Assembly (NCBI GenBank): GCA_030704615.1
Contig: CM060734.1
Coordinates: forward strand, 58,094,001 to 58,158,000
Origin: Takakia lepidozioides
Taxonomy: Eukaryota; Plantae; Bryophyta
Length of the DNA stretch: 64,000 nt
Direction of reading: 5' to 3'
Part shown: piece by piece, positions 63,001 to 64,000 of the stretch
Numbering within the stretch: position 1 is the stretch's first letter
Layout: each line of letters begins with the position of its first letter
Position numbers and translations under genes: made by a program
The notes under the pieces: generated by a model
Database searches by the model: none
Told to the model about the DNA's origin: nothing
Seen by the model: only the letters and a program-made list of their open reading frames with translations

Positions 63001-64000
63001 AGTGCAGGCAAGCACCAGCTTGTGGCATATATGGCGGAGCTTATTCCCACCATTCGGACTGCCCTTTGTGACAGGTGCTTTTTTCTTCTCCATTTTGAAG
63101 GGTGAAAATTTACTAGTATTTGTTTTGGCTGATCTTGTATTCATTTAACCCTTGTTCTAAACTTTGTCTGTTGGCATTTTATGCAGGGTTCCCGAAGTTC
63201 GAGAGGCAGCTGGCTTAGCATTCAGCACACTGTTCAAGGTCTGTTCTTGACTTGTTTTCTGCTGAATTGAGTAATATTGCTTGGGTCTATTATCATTAAA
63301 GTGGGCCAGGCTGTAAGAACACTGACCGAGAAATCTATGGACGGGTTTGATTTTTCTCTGATTTTAGATGCCACTTTCATCTGACAGAGTGCAGGGATGC
63401 AAGCAGTTGATGAGATTGTTCCTGCTCTTCTTCATGCTTTAGAAGATGATGACACCTCGGCAACTGCTCTTGATGGCCTTAAGCAGATTCTCAGGTATTT
63501 CTGAAGGAAATTCTTTGGAAGCATGCTTTAGAAGTTTCGTGGTTTTCAGCAAGGTGCTGAAGTATGAAGGCACAGCTGACCATTGTTTGTATCTGTACCA
63601 GTGTGAGAACAGCAGCAGTACTCCCACATATCCTGCCAAAGCTGGTGCATCCACCCTTGACGTAAGCTTCTGGCTCTTGGGACATGTCACCACTCTTTCA
63701 ACTTTCAATTCATTTTTTACTGTGTGGTTTGTGTCGTGCACTACGTACCATGGTTTGTGACATGTATTATGTACCGTGTGTGTGTATTCTGGACTATGTT
63801 TGCAATGCATCAAGACCACTTAATGACATTTGGTTCCTAAACCTTGGGTTCACATCCATACAACCTTTATAAAGTAGGCACATATGATGATAATGGCTCT
63901 GCATTTTCTTTTGTCCTGTCTAAGGTTTGATTTCTTGCAGTGCTTTCAATGCACATGCGCTAGGAGCTCTGGCAGAGGTGGCAGGGCCTGGTCTAAATAC
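45079..64000 (+). CDS. GCN1: GCN1 / ILITYHIA HEAT-repeat translational activator, multi-exon, incomplete at the window end
   Basis: ATG at 45079 ([23 protein letters not shown]). Exons include [135 protein letters not shown]. Observed introns are GT-AG. Confidence 0.96.
60471..60824 (+). mobile_element. 354-bp non-LTR retro-insertion (SINE or truncated LINE 3' end) in a GCN1 intron
   Basis: Perfect 16-bp TSD TCTTATTGCCAATCAT (60455-60470 and 60825-60840); ends ...CTTATGAGTACAA with no poly(A). Confidence 0.88.

Overview
Nuclear DNA of a land plant, probably a bryophyte- or lycophyte-grade species (inferred from PLS-DYW PPR genes and intron-rich housekeeping genes). Left part: a LINE remnant, an intronless GSNOR/class III ADH, a DYW-PPR pseudogene with an inversion inside its DYW domain, a 5'-truncated TH1 (ThiD-ThiE) pseudogene, a hAT-type MITE, an unassigned secreted Gly/Pro-rich repeat protein and a serine carboxypeptidase-like pseudogene. 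Centre (about 22.2-34.6 kb, minus strand): a decayed Ty3/Gypsy LTR retrotransposon nest. The main element has the order Gag - protease - DNMT3-like C5 cytosine methyltransferase - RT - RNase H - integrase - PHD finger, plus a candidate self-priming (tRNA-independent) PBS and head-to-tail LTR junctions. This is the most striking system in the window. Right part: an intact PLS-DYW PPR gene, RPAC1/AC40 (minus) and GCN1/ILITYHIA (plus, runs off the window) arranged divergently. A short poly(A)-less non-LTR retro-repeat with long target-site duplications occurs four times. All alignments were done by eye; no database searches were run.
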